From a bacterium (GTDB taxonomy: Bacteria; Hydrothermota; Tepidihabitantia; SM23-42), in contig JAOZNQ010000004.1 of assembly GCA_029933705.1 (NCBI GenBank), forward strand, positions 1 through 33,635: DNA of 33,635 nucleotides, given 5' to 3'. The notes below the pieces were generated by a model. It saw nothing but the letters and a program-made list of their open reading frames with translations, did no database searches and had not been told where the DNA came from. Both the position numbers and the translations under genes were made by a program. Shown here one piece after another: positions 1 to 9,706 of the stretch. The first letter of the stretch is position 1. Each line of letters opens with the position of its first letter.

Positions 1-24
1 ATTTAAAACAATGGCTTTCTTCAT
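1..24 (-). CDS. Possible 5' end of a gene running off the window (MKKAIVLN...)
   Basis: ATG at 24 preceded by GAGAGG and by a TTGATT-17-TATAAT promoter (63-68/40-45); only 8 codons are visible. Confidence 0.35.
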
Positions 25-310
25 CTTCGCCTCTCAGTTATTATATACTCCAACCAAAAAAAAATCAACCCCCTTCTGCAAGCGTTAAGCGACCTTATTT
101 ACAGATAGTGGACTTGAGGGCTAAAGAATTATTATTTGCATATCATTTCAGTAATTTTTTAATTAATCAATTCATCAATTTCTTAATTTTGGAAAGGAGA
201 AATGCATTACTACACCGGTTTTTCATATTCAATTCCGAATTCCGAAATGATGTTTTTCTGTTTCTTATGGCAAGACTTGACACTTTTTAAATTCGTCAGA
301 ACAGGTGGAC

Positions 311-1045
311 CTATTTTTTAGATTCAAATTTTATAATGCGGGCGAAGCTTTCGGGTTTGAGTGATGCCCCACCCACAAGCACGCCATCGATCTCAGGCTC
401 CTGCATCAGTTCATCGACATTTTCTGGTTTGACACTTCCTCCATACAGTATGGTCACAGGCTTCTTCAGTTTGGAACGAATAAACCGATGAACCTCACCT
501 GCCAGTTTCGGGGTTGCGGTCTTACCAGTGCCAATAGCCCAGACCGGCTCATATGCAAAAATCATCTTATGCACTTCATTTTCAATCCCCTTTAGCCCCT
601 GACTCAACTGTTTTTCAATCACCTGCTCGGTCATTCCCTGTTCCCGCTCCTGGGCGGTTTCACCTACACAGAAGATAGAGATCAGTCCGATATCAAGGGC
701 AGTCTTCAATTTTCGGTTTAGCCAGTCGTCAGGTTCGCGCATAATATGTCTTCTCTCGGAATGTCCGATAATCACATATTCACAGCCCAAGGAGGTTAGA
801 AAAAGTCCTGAAATCTCTCCGGTGAATGCGCCCTTTCTCTCCCAATGCATATTCTGGGCACCAAGTTTTATCCGGGTATTTCTCAGAATCTCAGCGACAA
901 TCGGAAGTGAGGTAAAAGGTGGTATTACAATAATCTCCCGATCCTTAACATCACTTACCAACTCCAGAAGTTTTATAACCAGCTCCCGCGATTCACCGGG
1001 ATTCATATTCATCTTCCAGTTTCCAGCAATTATTGGTTGCATCAT
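311..1045 (-). CDS. tpiA: Triosephosphate isomerase
   Basis: Motifs AGNWKMN, IIGHSERR, AYEPVWAIGTG, YGGSV, LVGGASL. Confidence 0.98.
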   Translation of the reverse strand: MMQPIIAGNWKMNMNPGESRELVIKLLELVSDVKDREIIVIPPFTSLPIVAEILRNTRIKLGAQNMHWERKGAFTGEISGLFLTSLGCEYVIIGHSERRHIMREPDDWLNRKLKTALDIGLISIFCVGETAQEREQGMTEQVIEKQLSQGLKGIENEVHKMIFAYEPVWAIGTGKTATPKLAGEVHRFIRSKLKKPVTILYGGSVKPENVDELMQEPEIDGVLVGGASLKPESFARIIKFESKK

Positions 1046-2222
1046 TTATCCTTCAATGCCTTTATCCCGGGTAGTTCTTTGCCCTCGAGAAATTCCAGTG
1101 ATGCACCACCACCTGTGGAGATATGGCTGAATCTGTCCATCATATTGAACTTCTTCAAACTGGCGACAGTATCACCACCACCGACAATTGAGGTTGCGCC
1201 TCTGGCAGTTGCTTCTGCTATTGCCTGGGCAATCGCCCGGGTTCCTTTTGAGAATTCATCAATCTCAAATATGCCCATCGGACCGTTCCAGACAATGGTC
1301 CGGGCAGATTTAATGTATTGAGTAATGTCATCAATCGAGTTTGAACCGATATCCACTCCGTAATAGTTATCCGGTATCTCTTTCACATCAACCTCTTTCA
1401 TTTTAACCCCGGATTTCAGTTCAGGTGCGACTACTACATCTACCGGGATGTATATCTTTTCTTCATTGAGAAGCGATTTTGCCTGTTCTAAGAAGTCGTC
1501 TTCACAAAGCGATTTTCCGATTTTATACCCCTTCGCCTTATAGAATGTGAAGCACATACCACCACCGACGACAATATTCTGCACCACCTTTATGAGATTT
1601 TTAAGCACACCGAGTTTTGTTGAGACTTTTGCCCCGCCGATGATTGCAAGAACCGGTGTGACCGGATGTTTCAAAACCCCTTCCAGATAGTTGAGTTCCT
1701 TTTCCATCAGAAATCCGGCTGCAGGGTCTTCAAAATAATGGGTAATCCCTTCAACCGATGCATGCGCCCGGTGTGCGGCACCGAATGCATCATTTACATA
1801 GAAGTCGGCAAGTCCAGCAAGCTGGCGGGCAAATTCCGGATCGTTCGCTTTCTCCTCAGGGTGGAATCGGGTATTCTCGAGGAGAAGAATATCCCCGGGT
1901 TTCAGGGTCTGGACGGTTTTTTTTACCTCATCGCCGACACAATCCCTTACAAATATTACCTTTCGGTTCAATAATTTTTCAAGGTGCTTTGCTACAGGCT
2001 CCAGGCTCAGTTTTGGATCAACCTTCCCCTTTGGCCTTCCTAAATGGCTGGCAATGATGGGGATACCACCCTGGTTGATGATGTATTCGATAGTTGGTAA
2101 TGCCGCTTTTATTCTCGTATCATCGGTTATTTTCTGATCTTCATCAAGCGGAACATTGAAGTCCACCCTCACAAAGGTTCTTTTGCCTTTGAGGTTCAGA
2201 TCCCGGATTGAAAGTTTACCCA

Positions 2223-2223
<1 letters not shown>
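1042..2223 (-). CDS. pgk: Phosphoglycerate kinase (start re-assigned to ATG 2223, MGKLSIRDL)
   Basis: RVDFNVPL, SHLGRPKG, DAFGAAHRAHAS, WNGPMG, ISTGGGASLEFLEG; the start overlaps the gap stop (TAATG). Confidence 0.98.
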
Positions 2224-3239
<1,016 letters not shown>

Positions 3240-3368
3240 TTATTTAATTATATAAATATTCTCATCCCAGTCAATGCACCACTCTGCCTTTCGGGCAAAA
3301 AAATCGGTGGACCTGAATACTTCACCAATCATATCCCAGGTTCCACCTGATTCTTAAATAACTCTGTC

Positions 3369-3397
3369 ATTATACACAAAAATACCAGGTTCGTCAA
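3369..3397 (-). promoter_or_regulatory. Sigma70-type promoter of gap-pgk-tpiA (TTGACG-17-TATAAT)
   Basis: Near-consensus hexamers about 140 nt upstream of gap. Confidence 0.65.
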
Positions 3398-3505
3398 GAA
3401 GACAAACAGTGAAGGGAAAAGAAATGCGGGTTTATCACCTCTGAGAGGCAAAAAAACTGATAATTTCCAGATAATTAATAAGGTTCAGAAACCTCGTCCA
3501 TAATA

Positions 3506-3533
3506 TTGACAGGCGTAATTTTATCGTTATATT
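3506..3533 (+). promoter_or_regulatory. Sigma70-type promoter TTGACA-16-TATATT, leaderless onto ATG 3539
   Basis: Hexamers read directly from the sequence. Confidence 0.65.
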
Positions 3534-3538
3534 AGCCT

Positions 3539-3652
3539 ATGGGTCCATTCAATATTCCCTGGCTCACATTTACCGCCCTGATTGTTGCATTCGCGGGCAT
3601 CCTGTTTTCTATAATCTGGGCGTTGTTGACCGATAAAAAGAGGAATGAGTAA
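3539..3652 (+). CDS. 37-aa single-TM protein, putative small partner subunit of the symporter
   Basis: MGPFNIPWLTFTALIVAFAGILFSIIWALLTDKKRNE*; overlaps the symporter start; below the ORF-track length cut-off. Confidence 0.7.
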   Translation: MGPFNIPWLTFTALIVAFAGILFSIIWALLTDKKRNE

Positions 3653-5084
3653 CCTGTTTATCTACATCATCGTCCTTGTGGTCTACTTATCGGGTCTGGT
3701 TCTGATCGGGTTGTTTACTGGAAGGCGCACCAAAAATGTCGCAGATTTTTATATCGGGGGCAGGAGAATTGGTCCCTGGGTCACTGCATTCTCATTTGTT
3801 GCAGCATATTTCAGCTCGGTTGTAATTGTTGGAGGAGGGGGCTTCGGTTATATGTTCGGACTGGCCACCTTATGGATCGGTGCTATCAATGTAGTAATCG
3901 GCTGTCTTGCAGTCTGGATTGTGCTTGGCCCCAGACTCAGGAAGTTTACCCAGCATCTGAACACAATGACCATTCCTGGTTTCATCGGAAAGAGATATCA
4001 ATCTAATTTTGCTCTGCTATTCAGCGCAGTAATTATCGTTATATTTATGATTGTTTATAATGTAAGTATTCTTAAGGGGATGGGCCATATCTTTCAGGTC
4101 TTGATGAATATTCCTTATATCTATGGAGTAATCATTTCCGGAATTATCATTCTCTTTTATGTGTCCATTGGTGGTTATCTCGCGGTGGTCTGGACCGGTT
4201 TTACTCAGGCGGTTGTGATGGGCATAAGCCTGATCATCTTGACGGTATTCGCCCTGAAATCTGGTGGTGGTCTGAGTTCGATCAGTAAATCTCTGTCCGC
4301 GATAGACCCAGGGTTGATCAACACACCGGGAATCTGGGGCTGGCAGGGGTTGCTCTCCTTTGCCCTGATTGTAAGTTTTGGTGTTTGGGGGATGCCCCAG
4401 TTACTGGTCAGGTTCTATTCGATAAAGAGTCAGGAGGTCATAAAGCTCGGAACGATTGTTGCCACGATCGGAACCTGTATGGCGTTATTGCCCTATCTTA
4501 ACGGTGCAATTGCCCATATCCTCTTTCCCAATCTTTCCAATCCGGATCTGGCAATCCCGATGCTTGCCAAAAATATCCTTTCACCATTTGGTAGTGCGAT
4601 TATCCTTGCCGGGGTTGTGGCGGCAGGGATGTCCACATTTGCCTCAATCCTTATCATCCTTTCCGGTTCAATTATTCAAGATGTGCTCAAGACCGGGCTC
4701 AGATATAATCTCTCAGAGTTCAGTTCCCTTTTATTCGGAAAGCTCAGCAGTGCAATAATCGGGCTCATCTCGATATTTATTGCATTCCGTCCTCCTGCCC
4801 TGGTTTTGACCCTTACTGCGTTTGCCTGGGCAGTAATTGCTTCAACCACACTCTGGCCCATCCTTTTCGGACTCTACTGGAAGAAGGTTACAAAGCGGGG
4901 ATGTGAATATTCGATGGTGGGTGGTTTTATAACTGCGCTGCTGTGGATGATTCTGGGAAAGCCCTGGGGGATTCATGGTTTCATCCCCGGGATAGTTGTC
5001 GGCTTAATATTGATTATTATTATAAGTCTATTCACAGAAAAACCTTCGCCAGAATTACTTGAAGGCATATTTCCAAAAAAATAA
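3645..5084 (+). CDS. Sodium:solute symporter family (PutP/PanF-like)
   Basis: About 13 hydrophobic segments; DFYIGGR, GGYLAVVWT, GMPQLLVRFY, AAGMST. Confidence 0.9.
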   Translation: MSNLFIYIIVLVVYLSGLVLIGLFTGRRTKNVADFYIGGRRIGPWVTAFSFVAAYFSSVVIVGGGGFGYMFGLATLWIGAINVVIGCLAVWIVLGPRLRKFTQHLNTMTIPGFIGKRYQSNFALLFSAVIIVIFMIVYNVSILKGMGHIFQVLMNIPYIYGVIISGIIILFYVSIGGYLAVVWTGFTQAVVMGISLIILTVFALKSGGGLSSISKSLSAIDPGLINTPGIWGWQGLLSFALIVSFGVWGMPQLLVRFYSIKSQEVIKLGTIVATIGTCMALLPYLNGAIAHILFPNLSNPDLAIPMLAKNILSPFGSAIILAGVVAAGMSTFASILIILSGSIIQDVLKTGLRYNLSEFSSLLFGKLSSAIIGLISIFIAFRPPALVLTLTAFAWAVIASTTLWPILFGLYWKKVTKRGCEYSMVGGFITALLWMILGKPWGIHGFIPGIVVGLILIIIISLFTEKPSPELLEGIFPKK

Positions 5085-5089
5085 CTGAC

Positions 5090-5117
5090 TTGACAGATTG
5101 GATAAAATTGATATAAT
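5090..5117 (+). promoter_or_regulatory. Promoter TTGACA-16-TATAAT, ATG 8 nt downstream (secG)
   Basis: Perfect hexamers; no SD before the start. Confidence 0.75.
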
Positions 5118-5125
5118 AGACCGTT

Positions 5126-5488
5126 ATGTATGGAGTGATTCTTTTTTTACACATTCTGATTTGTGTGCTCTTGATCATCGTGGTCCTCTTGCAACAGACA
5201 CGAGGCACCGGAATGTCGAGTGTGTTTGGTGGAGGGGGAACAGAGTCGGTTTTTGGTGGTAAGGGTGCAACGCCATTTTTCATTAAATTGACCTCGGGTC
5301 TGGCAATCGCCTTCTTTTTGACCTCGCTTACTCTGGTCCTGCTCTCGCGAAGTCCACGGCCAAAGAGTGCTGTGGAAAAAGGGTTGCAGGAAATACCCAC
5401 ACAGCCCGTGGTTCCTGAACAGCCTGCTGGTGTACCTACAGAGCCGGGTCCGGTGATACCTGAGGGACCTTCAGAAGGGGGAAAATGA
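5126..5488 (+). CDS. secG: Preprotein translocase subunit SecG with Pro-rich tail
   Basis: LIIVVLLQQ-x-GMSSVFGGG-x-FG motif; two TM segments. Confidence 0.93.
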   Translation: MYGVILFLHILICVLLIIVVLLQQTRGTGMSSVFGGGGTESVFGGKGATPFFIKLTSGLAIAFFLTSLTLVLLSRSPRPKSAVEKGLQEIPTQPVVPEQPAGVPTEPGPVIPEGPSEGGK

Positions 5489-5796
5489 TGTTTGCAATCG
5501 TTGAAACTGCAGGCTACCAATATCTCGTTTCAAAAGGCGAAAGGATTATTATTCCCGCAAATATCGGTGAGGAGGGGAAGGTGGTGGAGTTTGATAGGGT
5601 TCTGATGGTGAAGAAGGATGGTGAGGTTGAAGTGGGAAAACCATACATTGATGGTGTTAAGGTGCAGGGTGTAATAAAGAAGACGGGCAAACTTCCCAAG
5701 GTGATTGTCTACAAATTCATCCGGCGCAAAAATTACCGACGCAAAAAAGGTCATCGCCAGCAATTTACTGAGGTTGAGATCACCGATATAAAATAG
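5485..5796 (+). CDS. rplU: 50S ribosomal protein L21
   Basis: MFAIVETAGYQY; RKNYRRKKGHRQQFTEVEI. Confidence 0.97.
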   Translation: MMFAIVETAGYQYLVSKGERIIIPANIGEEGKVVEFDRVLMVKKDGEVEVGKPYIDGVKVQGVIKKTGKLPKVIVYKFIRRKNYRRKKGHRQQFTEVEITDIK

Positions 5797-5805
5797 GAGG
5801 AGATA

Positions 5806-6057
5806 ATGGCTCATAAAAAAGGTGTCGGCGCATCAAGAAACGGCCGGGATTCAGCAGGAAAGAGGCTGGGTATAAAGAGGTTCGATGGTCAGTTCGTAAA
5901 TCCAGGTTCGATTATTGTGCGCCAGCGGGGAACTAAAATTTACCCCGGATTGAATACCGGTCTGGGTAATGATTTTACCATCTACGCACGATGTGCCGGC
6001 CGGGTGAAATTCGGTTATAAAAAGGGCGGCAAGAAGATCGTTTCGGTCATCCCATAA
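5806..6057 (+). CDS. rpmA: 50S ribosomal protein L27
   Basis: MAHKKG..SRNGRDS..KRLG; IIVRQRGT. Confidence 0.98.
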   Translation: MAHKKGVGASRNGRDSAGKRLGIKRFDGQFVNPGSIIVRQRGTKIYPGLNTGLGNDFTIYARCAGRVKFGYKKGGKKIVSVIP

Positions 6058-6385
6058 AAAACCGTTAGTAATTAAGTCATTGTACTGGATACTCGATACT
6101 TGATTCTGGATACTGGATAAAAATATTTAGTCATTGGTCATTGAGTTATTAAAAAACATAAGTCATTAAGTCATTGAGTCATTAAGTCATTGGGAAAACC
6201 GTTAGTCATTAAGTCATTGAGTCATTGACAAACCAGACAAACCAGAAAAACGAGACAAACCAGACAAACCAGATAAACGAGATAAACCAGAAAAACCAGA
6301 CAAACTAGAGAAACGAGACAAACCAGAGAGACATTTCGGAATTAAAGATTGATACTTGATGCTCGATTCTTGATGTTGGATAAAA
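6058..6385. repeat. Mosaic of short tandem repeats: 7-mer GATACT(C/G/T), 8-mer AGTCATT(A/G), and 11 copies of the 9-mer GA(C/T/A/G)AAAC(C/G/T)A at 6227-6325
   Basis: Units counted directly in the rpmA-comM intergenic region. Confidence 0.9.
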
Positions 6386-6402
6386 CATCACCCCCACCTT
6401 AA

Positions 6403-6501
6403 TCCTCCCCCCTCAAGGGGGAGGAAATGGAGGAGGGTTGCGTCCCCTCTGCCCGAGGCGGACAGGCCTCAATGGGGAAGAAATGGAGGATGGATGCGTC
6501 C
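6403..6501. repeat. REP-like palindrome (TCCTCCCCCC-TCAA-GGGGGAGGA) within a 35-bp imperfect direct repeat (6411-6445 / 6467-6501, 31/35 identical)
   Basis: Aligned by eye. Confidence 0.7.
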
Positions 6502-6523
6502 TCTATTCTGAGCTAAAAAGTGG

Positions 6524-6551
6524 TTGACTTTTTTGGGTTATTCATTATACT
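6524..6551 (+). promoter_or_regulatory. Promoter TTGACT-16-TATACT, ATG 6 nt downstream
   Basis: Hexamers read directly; no SD. Confidence 0.7.
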
Positions 6552-6557
6552 CATCTT

Positions 6558-8099
6558 ATGCTTTCCAAGGTATATTCTTGTGCTACCTATGGTATTGATG
6601 GTTATCTGATAGATGTTGAGGTCGACCTTGCACCAGGTCTTCCTGGTTTTACCACCGTAGGGCTTCCTGACAATGCAGTAAAGGAGTCAAAGGATCGGGT
6701 CTTTGCCGCGATAAAGAATGCGGGATTCAGATTTCCCACAAAGAAGATTACAGTAAATCTTGCACCAGCAGACATAAAGAAAGAGGGTTCCAGTTTCGAC
6801 TTACCGATCGCGGTTGGAATCTTGGGAGCAGAGGGTTCTATAAGCACAGGCCAGCTGAATCGGTATGCAATTCTGGGTGAACTTTCTTTGGATGGTTCAC
6901 TCCGTCCGATCAAAGGTGCAATCTCGATTGCATTGGCAGTTAAGGAGAATCGACTTGATGGTCTGATTTTGCCCCGGGTAAATGCCCGGGAGGCGGCAAT
7001 TGTTGATGGGATTAAGGTATATGGGTTTGATAACATCATTGAGGTGGTTGCCTTTTTGAATGGAGAGATTGATAAGACCCCGACCCGGGTGAATCGTGAT
7101 GAGATATTTGAGTCGGCATCACAATATACAGTCGATTTTTCTGAAGTGAAAGGTCAGCATCATGCAAAAAGGGCGTTGGAGATTGCTGCAGCTGGAGGCC
7201 ATAATATTCTGATGATTGGACCTCCAGGAACCGGAAAGACGATGCTGGCACGAAGATTGGTTACAATTCTACCCAGAATGACCCTTGAAGAGGCCCTGGA
7301 GACGACCAAGATACATTCGGTTGCCGGGGTGCTTGGCCAGGGTGAATCCCTGCTTGCAACCCGTCCATTTCGCTCACCTCATCATACAATATCAGATGCA
7401 GGTATTATAGGTGGTGGTCATATCCCAAAGCCGGGCGAGGTGTCACTCGCCCATAATGGTGTATTATTTCTTGATGAGCTTCCTGAGTTTCATAAGAATG
7501 TTTTGGAAGTTCTTCGCCAACCCCTTGAGGATGGTTCGGTAACGATCGGTAGAGCAAAGATTACCCTTACATACCCGGCGAGATTCATGCTTGCGGCCGC
7601 TATGAACCCCTGCCCCTGTGGCTATTTCACTGATCCCTATCATGAATGCCGATGTACGCCCCAGGCGATACAACGGTATCATTCAAAACTTTCTGGTCCA
7701 CTTCTGGACCGTATCGACATCCATATTGAGGTTCCATCCTTGCGATACGATGAACTGAAGTCGAGCCAGCCGGGTGAGTCTTCCGAGGAGATAAGAAAAA
7801 GGGTAAACCAGGCGCGGTCTCGCCAGCTTCAAAGATATAAACATCGAAGAAAGGTCTATTGCAATGCCCATCTCGGGACGCGTGACATAAGAAAGTTCTG
7901 TGTTATCGATGAGAAGTCCCAGTCATTGCTGAAAACCGCGATTGAGCGGTTCGGTCTATCAGCCCGGGCTTATGATAAGGTGCTGAAGGTTGCCCGGACA
8001 ATTGCTGATTTAGAAGGGGTTGAGGATATCAAGACCACCCATATTGCAGAGGCGATCCAGTATCGTAGTTTAGACAAAAATGTCTGGCAGAGACTTTAG
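6558..8099 (+). CDS. comM: ComM/YifB Mg-chelatase-like AAA ATPase
   Basis: [52 protein letters not shown]. Confidence 0.93.
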   Translation: MLSKVYSCATYGIDGYLIDVEVDLAPGLPGFTTVGLPDNAVKESKDRVFAAIKNAGFRFPTKKITVNLAPADIKKEGSSFDLPIAVGILGAEGSISTGQLNRYAILGELSLDGSLRPIKGAISIALAVKENRLDGLILPRVNAREAAIVDGIKVYGFDNIIEVVAFLNGEIDKTPTRVNRDEIFESASQYTVDFSEVKGQHHAKRALEIAAAGGHNILMIGPPGTGKTMLARRLVTILPRMTLEEALETTKIHSVAGVLGQGESLLATRPFRSPHHTISDAGIIGGGHIPKPGEVSLAHNGVLFLDELPEFHKNVLEVLRQPLEDGSVTIGRAKITLTYPARFMLAAAMNPCPCGYFTDPYHECRCTPQAIQRYHSKLSGPLLDRIDIHIEVPSLRYDELKSSQPGESSEEIRKRVNQARSRQLQRYKHRRKVYCNAHLGTRDIRKFCVIDEKSQSLLKTAIERFGLSARAYDKVLKVARTIADLEGVEDIKTTHIAEAIQYRSLDKNVWQRL

Positions 8100-8122
8100 C
8101 CATTGATTTATATTCGAGAGAC

Positions 8123-8150
8123 TTTACAATTTAATATTTATGAATATAAT
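8123..8150 (+). promoter_or_regulatory. Promoter TTTACA-16-TATAAT, ATG 7 nt downstream
   Basis: Hexamers read directly; no SD. Confidence 0.65.
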
Positions 8151-8157
8151 TTGATTA

Positions 8158-9324
8158 ATGAAGCGCGCAATCGTTCTCATTCTCGATGGTGTTGGTATCG
8201 GTGAACTTCCAGATGCGGATCAGTATGGAGATCAGGGAAGTAATACCTTAGGAAATCTTGCACAATCTTGTGGCGGTCTGAACCTGCCATTTTTAGAAAA
8301 ACTCGGTCTGGGCAATATCGCTGATATTGCGGGTGTCAAGAGGGTGGATAAACCTCTTGCCTGCTTTGGTAAGATGGCAGAGAGGTCTCCAGGCAAGGAT
8401 TCTACTTCTGGACACTGGGAACTTCTTGGTGTTGTCTTAAAATCTCCATTTCCCACTTATCCTGAAGGGTTTCCCGATGAGATAATAAAGGAACTTGAAT
8501 CAAGGTTCGGCCATAAGATTCTGGGTAACAAGCCGGCATCAGGGACAGAGATTATCAAACAGTTGGGTGAGGAACATATCAGAACAAAATCACCGATCGT
8601 TTACACCTCGGCGGACAGTGTCCTGCAGATTGCCTGTCACATCGATGTCTTCAGCCTTGAAGAGTTATATAAATTTTGTGAAATCGCAAGAGAGGTTATG
8701 CAGGGGAAGCATAATGTAGCACGGGTTATTGCCCGTCCATTTGCGGGCTCAGCACCGAATTTTTACCGCACCAAGGACCGCCGTGATTTTTCCCTGCCTC
8801 CACCAGAGCCGACACTGCTTGACCTTGCCCAGAGAAAAGGTTATCAGGTTATCGTAATCGGCAAGGTGGATGACCTCTTCAGCCATCGTGGTTATGACCG
8901 CTCCTATCATTCAGTCAATGACCTTGAGTGTGTCGATTATGTGCTCAAATCGATGGATGAGGTGGAGCAGGGTTTGATTGTGGCAAATTTCGTGCAGTTT
9001 GATATGGATTGGGGTCATCGTAATAATATCGAAGGATTCAAGAACGGATTGATTGAGATCGATGGCGGTTTAAAAGAGATAATCGAAAATCGAAGAAGCG
9101 AGGATCTCATTTTTATTACTGCAGACCATGGCAATGACCCAACCACCCCTTCGACCGACCACTCCCGCGAATATGTTCCGATCCTTGCCCATTCGGCAAA
9201 AGCACCCGGGGTTAATTTGGGAATCAGGAGATCGTTTTCGGACCTGGCCAAGACAATTGCCCGATATCTTGATATCGAAGGGATACATTATGGTGAAGAT
9301 TTCCTCGACAGCTGTCTCTCATAA
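8158..9324 (+). CDS. deoB: Phosphopentomutase
   Basis: LDGVGIG, GKDSTSGHWE, YTSADSV, GHRNN, TADHGNDP, DHSREYVP. Confidence 0.96.
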   Translation: MKRAIVLILDGVGIGELPDADQYGDQGSNTLGNLAQSCGGLNLPFLEKLGLGNIADIAGVKRVDKPLACFGKMAERSPGKDSTSGHWELLGVVLKSPFPTYPEGFPDEIIKELESRFGHKILGNKPASGTEIIKQLGEEHIRTKSPIVYTSADSVLQIACHIDVFSLEELYKFCEIAREVMQGKHNVARVIARPFAGSAPNFYRTKDRRDFSLPPPEPTLLDLAQRKGYQVIVIGKVDDLFSHRGYDRSYHSVNDLECVDYVLKSMDEVEQGLIVANFVQFDMDWGHRNNIEGFKNGLIEIDGGLKEIIENRRSEDLIFITADHGNDPTTPSTDHSREYVPILAHSAKAPGVNLGIRRSFSDLAKTIARYLDIEGIHYGEDFLDSCLS

Positions 9325-9706
9325 GCGACTTGCAAGAGAGATGATAAAACTTGTAAAGAAAGGGATTACCAATGCCTATGCGCCTTATTCCTCAATTCCG
9401 GTGAGTGCCGGGCTCTATTGCAAGGATGGCGAAATATTTACCGGGGTCAATATTGAAAATAGTTCTTATTCTTTGAGTATGTGTGCGGAAAGGGTCGCAC
9501 TGTTTAAGGCTGTTGCTTCAGGCCAAAGGAATTTTTTATTATTACTTTTATATTCACCAAAGATAGATTTCATTCTTCCCTGTGGCGCCTGTCTCCAGAC
9601 CCTCTGTGAATTTTCTCCAGAACTTGTGATTGCAACAATGAATACGAATGAAGAATTTAAATTTTATCCATTAAAGACACTTATCAAAAGGCCATTCAGA
9701 TTATGA
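9290..9706 (+). CDS. cdd: Cytidine deaminase (start probably 9290 or 9341, not 9128)
   Basis: AYAPYS, GVNIEN, CAER, PCGAC zinc motif. Confidence 0.9.
   Translation: MVKISSTAVSHKRLAREMIKLVKKGITNAYAPYSSIPVSAGLYCKDGEIFTGVNIENSSYSLSMCAERVALFKAVASGQRNFLLLLLYSPKIDFILPCGACLQTLCEFSPELVIATMNTNEEFKFYPLKTLIKRPFRL

Noticed and set aside
108-290. 60-aa plus-strand ORF
   Set aside because: GTG start without SD, in AT-rich intergenic DNA, with no recognisable motif
6058-6385. CRISPR array, or a (DKP)n coding repeat
   Set aside because: The units are 7-9 bp with no unique spacers and no cas genes; the 9-mer frame has no convincing start or SD
9128-9289. Long N-terminal extension of cdd
   Set aside because: It lies inside deoB in another frame; deaminase similarity begins later
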